Assembly: GCA_026706595.1 (NCBI GenBank)
Contig: JAPOYL010000011.1
Coordinates: 146,946-210,945 of the forward strand
Length of the DNA: 64,000 bases
Origin: Gammaproteobacteria bacterium
GTDB lineage: Bacteria > Pseudomonadota > Gammaproteobacteria > UBA4575
Direction of reading: 5' to 3'
In this document: positions 33,889 to 42,818 of the stretch, in pieces
Layout of the letters: every line of letters begins with the position of its first letter
How positions within the stretch are numbered: position 1 is the first letter of the stretch
Position numbers and translations under genes: made by a program
Notes under the pieces: generated by a model
Told to the model about the DNA's origin: nothing
The model's database searches: none
The model's input: the letters and a program-made list of their open reading frames with translations, nothing else

Positions 33889-33912
33889 TGGTGCCGGGAG
33901 AGGGAATATAAC
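33889..33912 (-). repeat. tRNA 3'-end remnant, candidate att site of the island
   Basis: Reverse complement GTTATATTCCCTCTCCCGGCACCA resembles T-loop, T-stem, acceptor strand and ACCA; sits at the core/accessory boundary. Confidence 0.55.
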
Positions 33913-34353
33913 TTACTATGTAAATAATTGTTTTTAATAAATAAAAAATATATTAAATTCTTTTTCCCCACTATCTATCCCACTGTCATCTGCTATACTG
34001 ATGCTTATTCTGCTTCACCTCTGTGAAAAATATCAGTTTCTCTAAAATAGTCAATGCGATGGTTAGTCTTGGGCTAGCTTTAATTTGGCAATACAGGGTT
34101 CGCAGAATCAAGTCTTTAAATAATGGACAATTCTGGAATCCAGATGTGTGAAACTATCTGATGCAGGTGAGCATCGTCCTGCCTTGGGTCTGTTGGTTTT
34201 AATCATCCTGCCAGCGATTACAGTCCTGTCGAAATGGCTCTATACGGAACTAGGATTATGATTGGAAATGAATCTGTAAACTGGGTGCGCAAGGCATGAC
34301 TGTGCACCTGTAGAGGTGCGCTGGATGCGCTGTATTCTCAGATCAGGAATGAT

Positions 34354-34686
34354 GTGAATGAAGCCAGCCAGATTCCATACTGGTTAGGCGGGATGTCACG
34401 CTCTTTTGTGGTTGAAAAATTTGAACACGAGATACAGGTAGAAGAAAAAATTCTTCCTGATCCAATAGGGCGTATGCAGTATATAGTGTTTACCAGCAAC
34501 CAAGTAGACAAAATCTCTGTAAGGTATGTGCCTTATGGGGATAATTTCGATATTCAAATCATATGGAATAGCGAAGATGCAGAGTGCGAACTGCATGTAG
34601 GCGGTAAGCTCATGCCCTTATGGAAGATTAACCAGAAGGCACTGGAGAAGTTTTTGATAAACCGGCAAAGAAGTAATGCTTGTTAA
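34354..34686 (+). CDS. Hypothetical protein
   Basis: AT-rich 110-aa ORF, no recognised motif. Confidence 0.55.
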   Translation: MNEASQIPYWLGGMSRSFVVEKFEHEIQVEEKILPDPIGRMQYIVFTSNQVDKISVRYVPYGDNFDIQIIWNSEDAECELHVGGKLMPLWKINQKALEKFLINRQRSNAC

Positions 34687-34798
34687 GCATCGTTATCATT
34701 GTCTTTTTTGAAGCAACCTGTCTCTCAATCCAATCGCAAGAATTTTCTATTTTTCAGTCTCTCCAGCTCGATTTGCAGGTTCCTGTTCTTTCAAGGTT

Positions 34799-35458
34799 TT
34801 AATGTTTAAAAACGTGTGCGAGAAGGGCGTTTCGCTCAAGTGTGGTTAAGCTTTCAATACGTTTTTTCCAGCCTTCATTACGACGCCGGATCCGTTCTCT
34901 CTCCCTGAAAGAATCACCCAGGTGGCGATAGTCGTGTAACTCAACTGGTGCCGGATAATTCATCCAGAGGTATTCTTCAGCCACTGCACCAGAGCGTGTT
35001 CGCACACAATATCGCAGAGTACGCCATCGTGAAAGATATTGCTTATAAAGTGAAGATCGGTAACTGGAAATCATGACCTGGCAGGGGAGACTAACAAGGG
35101 TCTTGAGCAACTCAACGTGATCGTCTTTGGTGTAATCGTATTTGTACAACGAACGATGAGATCGGCGCGTACACGCCAAGTAAGGGGGGTCGGCATAGAC
35201 AAATTCCTCGCCATTAAATGGATAAGTTCCGAGGTAGTCTACTGCGTCAGCACAAACAAACTGGACCTGCTCTGCGTCTTGCCAGGCCTCCGATACATCC
35301 ATATCTAGATCGACACCAATGTTTACTTCAGCCAGCTTTTTGTGACGCATGATCGCACCGCCGCCTAGATGTGTTTCGATGTACACTCTGTGAGGGGGGA
35401 TCTGATTGATGATCCGTTGATAAACCCCGCTTACCCCTTTGCCGCCAGGATAATGCAT
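34799..35458 (-). CDS. DNA adenine methylase (D12/Dam-like)
   Basis: YPGGKG, YIETHLGGGAI (motif I), YADPPY (motif IV), EYLWMNY. Confidence 0.88.
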   Translation of the reverse strand: MHYPGGKGVSGVYQRIINQIPPHRVYIETHLGGGAIMRHKKLAEVNIGVDLDMDVSEAWQDAEQVQFVCADAVDYLGTYPFNGEEFVYADPPYLACTRRSHRSLYKYDYTKDDHVELLKTLVSLPCQVMISSYRSSLYKQYLSRWRTLRYCVRTRSGAVAEEYLWMNYPAPVELHDYRHLGDSFRERERIRRRNEGWKKRIESLTTLERNALLAHVFKH

Positions 35459-35482
35459 CACACTGATTTCCGTACGATCAGA

Positions 35483-36223
35483 TTACACTGCAGCCAGAGG
35501 CATCTCGTCCCAAGTTTTCTCTTTGTAGATTCTGCCGTTCGCCTTTTTAGAACGTTTGACGCCGTCTGCTCCCCAAGCTCCCCACTGCTTGAAAAAGAAT
35601 GCGACGCCTGCCGATTCTGCCTGCTGCCGAATTTCTTCTAACCACTCAGCCTGCATCGGCCTAGCTTTCGACCCCGACTCACCGCCGACAATCACCCAAC
35701 TGATTCCATCCAGGTTGATCTGTCCAAGACTCTCAAGTAATGGCTCTATGGAAAGAAATCGAATCTGTGCATCCACTTGACGGAGGTGATCGATGCGTGG
35801 CAGCCCATGACGGCGATTTTCCACGGAAACTCCGATCCAGGCATTACTGGGACAGTCCTGCTTACCGAAATACACCGGCAATCTGTCAGCCCTTTTTGTC
35901 AGTATCTGGTATGTGTGGTGCGGTGTTTTTCCAATGACACCCATGACCTGATCCAGGAAACTATCTGGGACCTCTTTATGAAAAAGGTCTGACATGGAGT
36001 TTACAAAATATGTAGTCGGCTTTTTTCTGTGTAAAGGCTGAGACAGGCGTTCCGGATGAAGCGTCAATCTAAACGCAGACTCATAGCCAGGCACGCCCAT
36101 TACATGCAGGCGATCCGCCATTGTTTTCGCATAACAGTGCTTGCAGCCCGGTGAGACTTTTGTGCATCCTGTGGTTGGATTCCATGTGTGGCCTGTCCAT
36201 TCAATACTCGACTCCGCTGCCAT
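35483..36223 (-). CDS. DUF5131 / phage Gp37-Gp68 family protein (three-Cys motif)
   Basis: SSIEWT..TWNPTTGCTKVSPGCKHCYA, FVNSMSDLFH, WVIVGGESG, FFFKQWG. Confidence 0.93.
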   Translation of the reverse strand: MAAESSIEWTGHTWNPTTGCTKVSPGCKHCYAKTMADRLHVMGVPGYESAFRLTLHPERLSQPLHRKKPTTYFVNSMSDLFHKEVPDSFLDQVMGVIGKTPHHTYQILTKRADRLPVYFGKQDCPSNAWIGVSVENRRHGLPRIDHLRQVDAQIRFLSIEPLLESLGQINLDGISWVIVGGESGSKARPMQAEWLEEIRQQAESAGVAFFFKQWGAWGADGVKRSKKANGRIYKEKTWDEMPLAAV

Positions 36224-36328
36224 ATCAAAGCCCCTTTGAATTGAAAGAAGTGATGAGCATCGCAAAATCAAGCGATTCCGTCAATAGCAGGATACAATGA
36301 ATTTTTTAAATCATTTAATGCTCTTGCA

Positions 36329-37219
36329 TCAATTTCTGTCTACGATGTCTTGGGCGATCCGCGTAGCAGTATCTGCCGCTTTTTTGTTGCCAGCTGCAAA
36401 AACCAGCAAATATAGCGGGGAGTTTTTTGAGTTGTACAAAACAAGCGGTTTTTCGATTACCCCTGAATAGCACGAATTCAGTTTTTTCAGCAGGTAGCGG
36501 AGAACCTTGTCCATCGTGACATCGCGCTTAGAAGTATCGTATGGACCGAAAAGTTCCGTTCTTTTTTCCTGCGGATAAAACACTTGCCGCCACTTGTCGT
36601 CACCAAACAACTGAGTCAGCCGATCCGACCAAGCCTCATCTGGAGGACCCGCATTTGGCAACATGCGCACTACGCTCGAATATGGAAATAACATCCAGAG
36701 GTCCACTTTCTGGGTTTTTCCGAGATCTTCAACCGTCTTCCACTGGACTTGCATACCCAACGGGTCTAGGAAAACTACGGCCCTGTCCATTGTTTGCAAC
36801 CTACCTGTCCAGTCAACCAAAAATTTGTTTGCATCAGCTGTGACAACCTCACACTTCGAGGCCCTATCAGGAAAATCGCTTTTGATCATCTGTTTCAGCG
36901 ACTTTGTGTGCTTCTTTTTGGCGTCAATGAACCAGTATTTATCAAAGCCCTTCGCTAATGACAAAACCCTGCGAACACTGCCGTCCATGTATTGATGTTC
37001 TTCATCCAAAAACAGGAGATCAGGTGATGACTCTTGTTCATCACATACCTTGCGAAATCCTGGCCCGGCAAAAGCATCCACATAGTGAATGGTCAATTTC
37101 CTTGCTCTCGGATTCCCATGAAAAATATCCAGATAGGCTTTCAAATAGTTTTCCAGAGAGGCCAGTTTCTTTTCTGTCCAAGGTCCGCCAAACTGTTCTG
37201 CGTTTTCTATCTTTATCAT
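36329..37219 (-). CDS. tcmP: Three-Cys-motif partner protein TcmP
   Basis: FGGPWTEKKL..L..YL, YVDAFAGPG, DGS, FLDPLG, LYLLVFA; adjacent to DUF5131. Confidence 0.87.
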   Translation of the reverse strand: MIKIENAEQFGGPWTEKKLASLENYLKAYLDIFHGNPRARKLTIHYVDAFAGPGFRKVCDEQESSPDLLFLDEEHQYMDGSVRRVLSLAKGFDKYWFIDAKKKHTKSLKQMIKSDFPDRASKCEVVTADANKFLVDWTGRLQTMDRAVVFLDPLGMQVQWKTVEDLGKTQKVDLWMLFPYSSVVRMLPNAGPPDEAWSDRLTQLFGDDKWRQVFYPQEKRTELFGPYDTSKRDVTMDKVLRYLLKKLNSCYSGVIEKPLVLYNSKNSPLYLLVFAAGNKKAADTATRIAQDIVDRN

Positions 37220-37418
37220 TCCATAATAATGTTGAAATACATTTCTGGAGGACCCTATAGGTTCGATTTTGATTGGGTCGGCCACCCACTGCCGCTCCCA
37301 TGTACATGAACAAGATGATCTGTAGTTGTCCGACCTTGGAAAGACGTTCAACTACTCGGGTGAGGGAGGTGTATAGTATATGCCAAGATTGCTGCCAACA
37401 AGCACAAGCTGAATATTT

Positions 37419-39653
37419 CTAACCTAGACGTAACGGCTCCTTCTCGTTATTCACACTTGGCTCCAAGGCGATAGAGTTCCGCCACTGATCACAGTTCTTA
37501 TACTCCAGCCCAGGAACTGCTGTCGAAACAATTTTATCTATCGCATCGCGAATGGGGTCATCGTGTATTTCCGGAAATGGCTTCAAAGTCTGGCTGGCGT
37601 ATTCATCATAGCAAGCGGCCAGTCCCCCAATATCACAATGCTCCGGGTGCGGGACGGGAAGCGATCGGAGGCCATCAAGAGAGAAACTGGGGTATGTGAG
37701 GTTCTTCTGACGAGTGTTCAGAAAGCAGATGATTCCGGCAGTAGAATTCAGCCAGACGCACCAGGCCTTGCAAATAGCTATCTTGTCGCCGTTTAAAGGT
37801 GTCGCCGGCACGAAGGCGGAACCGATCACCGGCTCATCGGAGAACACTGCCGGTGTCTGCGTCAGGTTCAATCGCATTCTGTTAGCCAGCAGGAGATGGC
37901 TGCGTTTGCTCCACAGGTACCTCGCGTAGTCGTGTCTTCCTTTCTTTGCGACCAGAAATCGATCAGGACTGGTTTGCATTGCAGTCTGGCGAGAGGACTT
38001 GTGTAACCAAAGGGCACGTATGTCCGGGTTCTGTCGCTGCTCAGCTTGGGTAAACGCATCCCTGGCTCGTTGCCCCCCAGGTTCAACAGCCGCCAGGTTG
38101 CCAATGGGGACAAGTGCAGGGTTTTCGGTCAACGTGTCATACACCTCGGCAAGGCTCTGATCATAGAAGCAGGCCGCATTCCACGGCCGGTCACGAAGCT
38201 GCTCGAGGGATCGCCAGGCAATGGTGCCGTAACTTGCTAAAGCTGTGACATCTCCAGCAAGTGCTTGCTGGATGGCTTCAGCGAGATAATGGGCTTCACT
38301 TGCACTTGCCGGGTTGTCTGCCAGAGACACAAAGGCCGTTGGCTTGTCTTGAGACTCTGGAGTTGGGCGCCGTGCGATGATCAGGGACTCATGAATGTTT
38401 GTGTTCTCGGAAAAGTTGATGCGGCGGTTGTCATGGCTGGTAACCACGAGCTCAAGATGGAACCGCTCCGGGTCTGTTAAGAGATTCCGCTCATTTTTAC
38501 CACCCGCACCAGTACACGCGGTAAACGGTTTGACGGCTGCCAAAGTACCGCGTTCTCGAAGAAGAATATCAGCGATCGGGGTAAAGAATGTGCTAATTGC
38601 TGTTTGATCAATGGCGTTTCGGTGTCCCTGATCTGGAGTTTTTTTAGCTAGGCTGATCTCATGTTGTTGAACTTTGCGGCGGACTTCGGGGGGCAAATTC
38701 CGGTTTCGTATGTCATTGCGGGTGAAAGGCGGATTCATGATCACAAGGTCACACAACCCCTCAAGGTTCGGGGCCTCTTCCTCATAGCCAGACGCTGATG
38801 CTCGCCTTTGCCTGGATGCGGGGGGGGCAAATCCTGGCATATAGCCCGCGCTGTTTGTAAGTATGTCCAGCGAACCTGCATGAGTCTCCCCCTGCGCATT
38901 CACACCATGCTGCATGTTGTAAAGGTTCATCTTGTTGTAGTCGATTTTCGGTGCGCTCAGGGTCAACATAGAGGCTGCGAGGTGGATCGCATGCCGGTTG
39001 ATGTCGAGTCCATGCAGGACATCCTCGATCAGCCCAAGATGAAGTGCTTCAAGATCATCCTGACTCCCGCCTGCAGAACGAAAGCGTCTCTCAATCACTT
39101 TTGCCGTGGCCATCAGCAGCGTTCCTGTACCACAAGCGGGATCGCAAACTTTGAGAGTCGTCAGCTGGTTGGCATCTGCCCATCCATTCCCCGAAACAAG
39201 CCAATTGGGTGGCATGGCAAGCTCCGCCAAAAGAACAGCGGCGGCCGTACTGGTGTAAAAAGAACCGTCGTATCGTGCTGTCTGTAGCAGCTCGTGGTAC
39301 AGGGGCCCTGCATGATCAAGCTGCAGCCCCCGAATCCTGGGAACGCACTCAAGTACTGCCTCAATCAGGGTATCGAGAAGAAGATCCGTGTGGTGGTCAG
39401 CCGGCAGCAGGTCCAGAACCGCAAGCGCAGGATCAACGACGGGAGCATAGTCCACTTCACGGATTCGCTTCCAGTTGTCGAGTAGTGCTACCTGTTTGTT
39501 TGGAGACTCTCGAATCTGGATAAGCGTCTCAAGCTCAGGAATACGGACTCCTTCACTCCGCAATCGGTTCTGCAGCAGTGCCATATTGGCGATAACCAGG
39601 CAGGCAATGCGTGCAGGCCGAACATCAATTACGCTCTTGCCGGGGGGTCCCAC
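37419..39653 (-). CDS. Type IIG-like R-M enzyme, methyltransferase + specificity portion (frameshifted from upstream ORF)
   Basis: GSFYT, VCDPACGTGTLL, DLVIMNPPF, C-terminal TRD-like region; ORF begins at a C6 tract. Confidence 0.8.
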   Translation of the reverse strand: MGPPGKSVIDVRPARIACLVIANMALLQNRLRSEGVRIPELETLIQIRESPNKQVALLDNWKRIREVDYAPVVDPALAVLDLLPADHHTDLLLDTLIEAVLECVPRIRGLQLDHAGPLYHELLQTARYDGSFYTSTAAAVLLAELAMPPNWLVSGNGWADANQLTTLKVCDPACGTGTLLMATAKVIERRFRSAGGSQDDLEALHLGLIEDVLHGLDINRHAIHLAASMLTLSAPKIDYNKMNLYNMQHGVNAQGETHAGSLDILTNSAGYMPGFAPPASRQRRASASGYEEEAPNLEGLCDLVIMNPPFTRNDIRNRNLPPEVRRKVQQHEISLAKKTPDQGHRNAIDQTAISTFFTPIADILLRERGTLAAVKPFTACTGAGGKNERNLLTDPERFHLELVVTSHDNRRINFSENTNIHESLIIARRPTPESQDKPTAFVSLADNPASASEAHYLAEAIQQALAGDVTALASYGTIAWRSLEQLRDRPWNAACFYDQSLAEVYDTLTENPALVPIGNLAAVEPGGQRARDAFTQAEQRQNPDIRALWLHKSSRQTAMQTSPDRFLVAKKGRHDYARYLWSKRSHLLLANRMRLNLTQTPAVFSDEPVIGSAFVPATPLNGDKIAICKAWCVWLNSTAGIICFLNTRQKNLTYPSFSLDGLRSLPVPHPEHCDIGGLAACYDEYASQTLKPFPEIHDDPIRDAIDKIVSTAVPGLEYKNCDQWRNSIALEPSVNNEKEPLRLG

Positions 39654-40186
39654 GGGAGTTCCAATGCCTGAGCTAGGTCACGGCCGGTACGTTCATCAAT
39701 CTGCTCACTGGCATCCATGATGGCGCGCTTGAGTACGTCTGTGATGGCATAGGTTTCATTTGCGCCAATATCGTTGGAAAGTTTTACCAGGTCGGCTAAA
39801 TTGCCGGTATGCCAACGACCAATAATCCCGCCTTGGTTCACCCTGGCCATCAGGAGATCAGTTGTAACTTCGAGAAGTGTTCTTGGCGTACCCAAGTCAC
39901 TGTCCTCGCTGAGGCGGTCTGGATAGCAAAGTGCAATTGAATTCCAGCAGTCCCCTTGCTTGAGCCAACGCTGGGCATCTTCTACAGCCTCTCGTTTCTG
40001 GACAGGTCCTTGTCCAATTTTGCATTCGACCGCTGTGAAATACCGGTCGCCGTGCTTTAATCGAATCTGAACATCGCAACGCTTCGCACCCGTTTTCCTG
40101 CGCGTCTGTTCAGGTACTGCATGAACGTCATGAGTTGCAAGAGCTTCCGCTAATGCGGAATTGAGAGCATTTTCTTGTATCGGCAC
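39629..40186 (-). CDS. Type IIG-like R-M enzyme, N-terminal nuclease portion
   Basis: RCDVQI...AVECKIG PD-(D/E)XK-like motif; one extra C in the tract at 39642-39647 fuses it to the downstream ORF. Confidence 0.7.
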   Translation of the reverse strand: MPIQENALNSALAEALATHDVHAVPEQTRRKTGAKRCDVQIRLKHGDRYFTAVECKIGQGPVQKREAVEDAQRWLKQGDCWNSIALCYPDRLSEDSDLGTPRTLLEVTTDLLMARVNQGGIIGRWHTGNLADLVKLSNDIGANETYAITDVLKRAIMDASEQIDERTGRDLAQALELPWDPPARA

Positions 40187-40320
40187 TTAAATTCCTGGAG
40201 TTTTCTATTGAAGAGCGGATCGAGGTAGATCAGGTCCACCAAGGCACTGTTCATGCCCCGCATGATGTCGAGGCTATCGCCGGTCCAGATGGTTTGGATT
40301 GTCCGGTTCGGGGCTGCCAA
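40150..40320 (-). pseudogene. 5' stub of N4/N6 DNA methyltransferase
   Basis: Manual translation MAAPNRTIQTIWTGDSLDIMRGMNSALVDLIYLDPLFN (DPPF degenerated to DPLF), then loss of similarity. Confidence 0.75.
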
Positions 40321-40589
40321 AACATACTCCTGTCTCGATGGAGCTCATCCGGCACCCAAAGGTGCCGGGTCTTGTCACCCTATGCAAACGGCAAAGGTTC
40401 TGCCTATTTGCCCAAAAGGACTGTTGTATTCAGCAGGAGACCCGACTTCGGGTTCGCTTGCATAGGTGACATGGATATAATATCAAAAACTGGGAGGCAT
40501 TAATGGAGATAAGACAGCTTGCAGAAGAAAGCCTAAGCAAGCTCTTCGGCAAGCTATTACATTGAAGGGCTAATGTGTAAATTGAATCA

Positions 40590-40973
40590 ATGAATGCTCG
40601 AGTGAGAAAAAAGGCCTCTGATGTTTTTCGTGAGACTGAGTTTCTGCTTGCAGAGAAAGTGCCATTCTCTAAGGCTTTCCCTCAAATCAAAGACATTGTT
40701 ATTGAGATTACCGAGTCTAACGGCTTCCAAAAATCAGAGCGCAGATATCAGAAATCTAATTTTCCAGGCGAGTACGTGGATTGCAGCAATACCCTGTGTT
40801 ACAACGGAGGAATACAAATTGGCTCAATGGTGCGCGACATGGTATTAGCTAACAAGACAGTATCGAAAATATCAAGATCATGTCAGGGTTATGAAGGGTC
40901 TCCAAAAGGCCGCCGAAGATACAGGCCTTGTATACATTTCTTTTGGGTAGAAATCACAATTGAATACTATTAG
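40590..40973 (+). CDS. Hypothetical protein, four Cys (possible Zn binding)
   Basis: CSNTLC...C...C in AT-rich 127-aa ORF. Confidence 0.65.
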   Translation: MNARVRKKASDVFRETEFLLAEKVPFSKAFPQIKDIVIEITESNGFQKSERRYQKSNFPGEYVDCSNTLCYNGGIQIGSMVRDMVLANKTVSKISRSCQGYEGSPKGRRRYRPCIHFFWVEITIEYY

Positions 40974-41021
40974 GTGTAGGCGGGATTACCTCTAATGTCG
41001 GCATGGTAATATTCACGAAGT

Positions 41022-41540
41022 ATGACGAAAAGGTTGCGTGTTGTTGGGACGGGCCTGGTCTTGGTGGCTATCGTAGCCGTCGGGCCGGCTGTGATTTCAC
41101 CAGCAGGTCCATCATTCACCGGACCCGCCCGGATTATCGATGGCGATACACTAGTAGTGCGGGGGCTGAGTGTGCGGTTGTACGGCATTGATGCCCCGGA
41201 AAGCATGCAGCACTGCCTCATGGGAAGCCTGACTTGGCCGTGTGGTCGTGCGGCTGTTCAGGTGCTTTCCCGCCGCATCGGCTCACGTGAAGTGTCGTGC
41301 GAAGAACGTGACCAGGGTCGCTATGGACGGGTGGTCGCGGTATGCCGGGTCGGGGGTGAGGATGTGAACGTGTGGATGGTAGCCGAGGGCTGGGCGTTTG
41401 CCTACAGCAAATACTCGAAGGATTATGTTTCACATGAAACAGCGGCGCGGGCAGCCAAACGCGGGATCTGGCGAGGCGAGGTGATCGCCCCATGGGAATG
41501 GCGCAAGGGCAAGCGGTTTGCTGACACCAAGAGCAAGTAA
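41022..41540 (+). CDS. Thermonuclease (SNase) family protein, C-terminally truncated
   Basis: IIDGDTL, VRLYGIDAPE, YGRVVAVC, MVAEGWA, RGIW..PWEWRK. Confidence 0.88.
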   Translation: MTKRLRVVGTGLVLVAIVAVGPAVISPAGPSFTGPARIIDGDTLVVRGLSVRLYGIDAPESMQHCLMGSLTWPCGRAAVQVLSRRIGSREVSCEERDQGRYGRVVAVCRVGGEDVNVWMVAEGWAFAYSKYSKDYVSHETAARAAKRGIWRGEVIAPWEWRKGKRFADTKSK

Positions 41541-41717
41541 CAAGTCAGCCAGCAGTGCAGCATCAAAGGCAACACCAGTAATAGCGGAGAGTACATCTAC
41601 CACGTATCTGGGGGTCGGTACTACGACCAGACCTGCATCGACCCCTCGAAGGGCGAGCGCTGGTTCTGTTTAGAGGCTGAGGTGCGGAAGGCGTGATGGC
41701 GACGCTCGCGCCGCTAG
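41541..41717 (+). pseudogene. Detached C-terminal domain of the thermonuclease (ExoI-like CxIKGN...WFC domain)
   Basis: Same frame after TAA reads CSIKGNTSNSGEYIYHVSGGRYYDQTCIDPSKGERWFCLEAEVRKA*WRRSRR*. Confidence 0.75.
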
Positions 41718-41743
41718 CCAGTCCTGCACACAGTTAAAGAGTG

Positions 41744-42358
41744 CTAATAAGTGGACTCCAGGGCTTCTACGAAATGCGCCTCACTAATGACAGCGGGCTT
41801 GCCGTACTTCTCCCGGGATTTGATCGCTTTCTCGATCTTCCCTCCGTATGCTTGGGTTTTCCACTGCTTCGAGGCGTAGACCGCAACCACCAAGTAATCC
41901 AGCTTCCGGGTAATCGAGGCGTTCACTCCTCCCCTTGCATGGACTTCCTCCTTGTAGATTCCGCGTTGCCCCTCTGGCATGAATTCACCGGTAAACTCGA
42001 ATGACCGGCCCTCAAACTCCACGGGAAGGTCGTCGAAATCCTTTGCCGATTTCATAGGTTCCCCGCCTACCGAGATTTCACCGGCCAGCGCAACGAGCGA
42101 CTCAAACAGATTCTTCGATTCAGAGCTGTCCAGAATCCCGTCTGCAAGCACGGTTTCCAGCTGGTCGAACAACCTGGTAACAAGAGGATGCTCAATGCTG
42201 TCTGCATCGTTTACCCTCATCCAGTTAAGCAGGTATTCTCCTTCCTCTTGGTTGACCACACCATCTGCCAGCATCCCTTTGCAGATGCCCTGCAGGGTAT
42301 GCAGGTCGCGGTCCTTGATACGTCTTCTGCTATACTGGGGTAAAGGCTTTACGGTCAT
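41744..42358 (-). CDS. BRCT-domain protein
   Basis: L.GIC.G.LADG.VN..E N-domain; FEFTGEF...GG....ITRKLDYLVV...W....YG.KIEKA...ISE. Confidence 0.8.
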   Translation of the reverse strand: MTVKPLPQYSRRRIKDRDLHTLQGICKGMLADGVVNQEEGEYLLNWMRVNDADSIEHPLVTRLFDQLETVLADGILDSSESKNLFESLVALAGEISVGGEPMKSAKDFDDLPVEFEGRSFEFTGEFMPEGQRGIYKEEVHARGGVNASITRKLDYLVVAVYASKQWKTQAYGGKIEKAIKSREKYGKPAVISEAHFVEALESTY

Positions 42359-42458
42359 TTTGTCCTCCTGGCTGGGGACCCTGTGTCAGCAGTCTGGTTT
42401 AGATTTGGGGGTTGGTTACTTTTGTATATAACCCCTTTGATTTCAGTATAGGTACTCT

Positions 42459-42767
42459 ATGTTACTTAGAGTCGTTCGTATGCGCAATTCACTACCTTTT
42501 CACAAACGGATACACCTCTGCCAGTGGGTAGATGCCATGGAAGATACGAGGATGGCCGCAAGACTGGCTTCAGTGTTTTACATGGTGGACAACAAGATCA
42601 GGGTTCCTGGAGGATTTCCAAAGGCACCCTCTGCTGATCAATGGTTTGAGTTCATCAGGGAAGATGTCGGGAAATACAAGAACGGGCTGTTGGACAAGGA
42701 CAATAATCTTTTTACAGCCATATTGATCGTCTTGGTGGCAATAGTCATTTGGTGGCTGTTTTTCTAA
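42459..42767 (+). CDS. Hypothetical protein with C-terminal TM helix
   Basis: 102-aa ORF ending LFTAILIVLVAIVIWWLFF. Confidence 0.5.
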   Translation: MLLRVVRMRNSLPFHKRIHLCQWVDAMEDTRMAARLASVFYMVDNKIRVPGGFPKAPSADQWFEFIREDVGKYKNGLLDKDNNLFTAILIVLVAIVIWWLFF

Positions 42768-42818
42768 ATCACTTGGACCTTGAGTGAAAGCTGTCTAGCT
42801 CTGTATATAAGCACCAAA

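Noticed and set aside
41538-41696. Stop-codon readthrough or recoding in the thermonuclease
   Set aside because: Two different stops (TAA and TGA) plus degenerate residues fit decay; core genes use the standard code.
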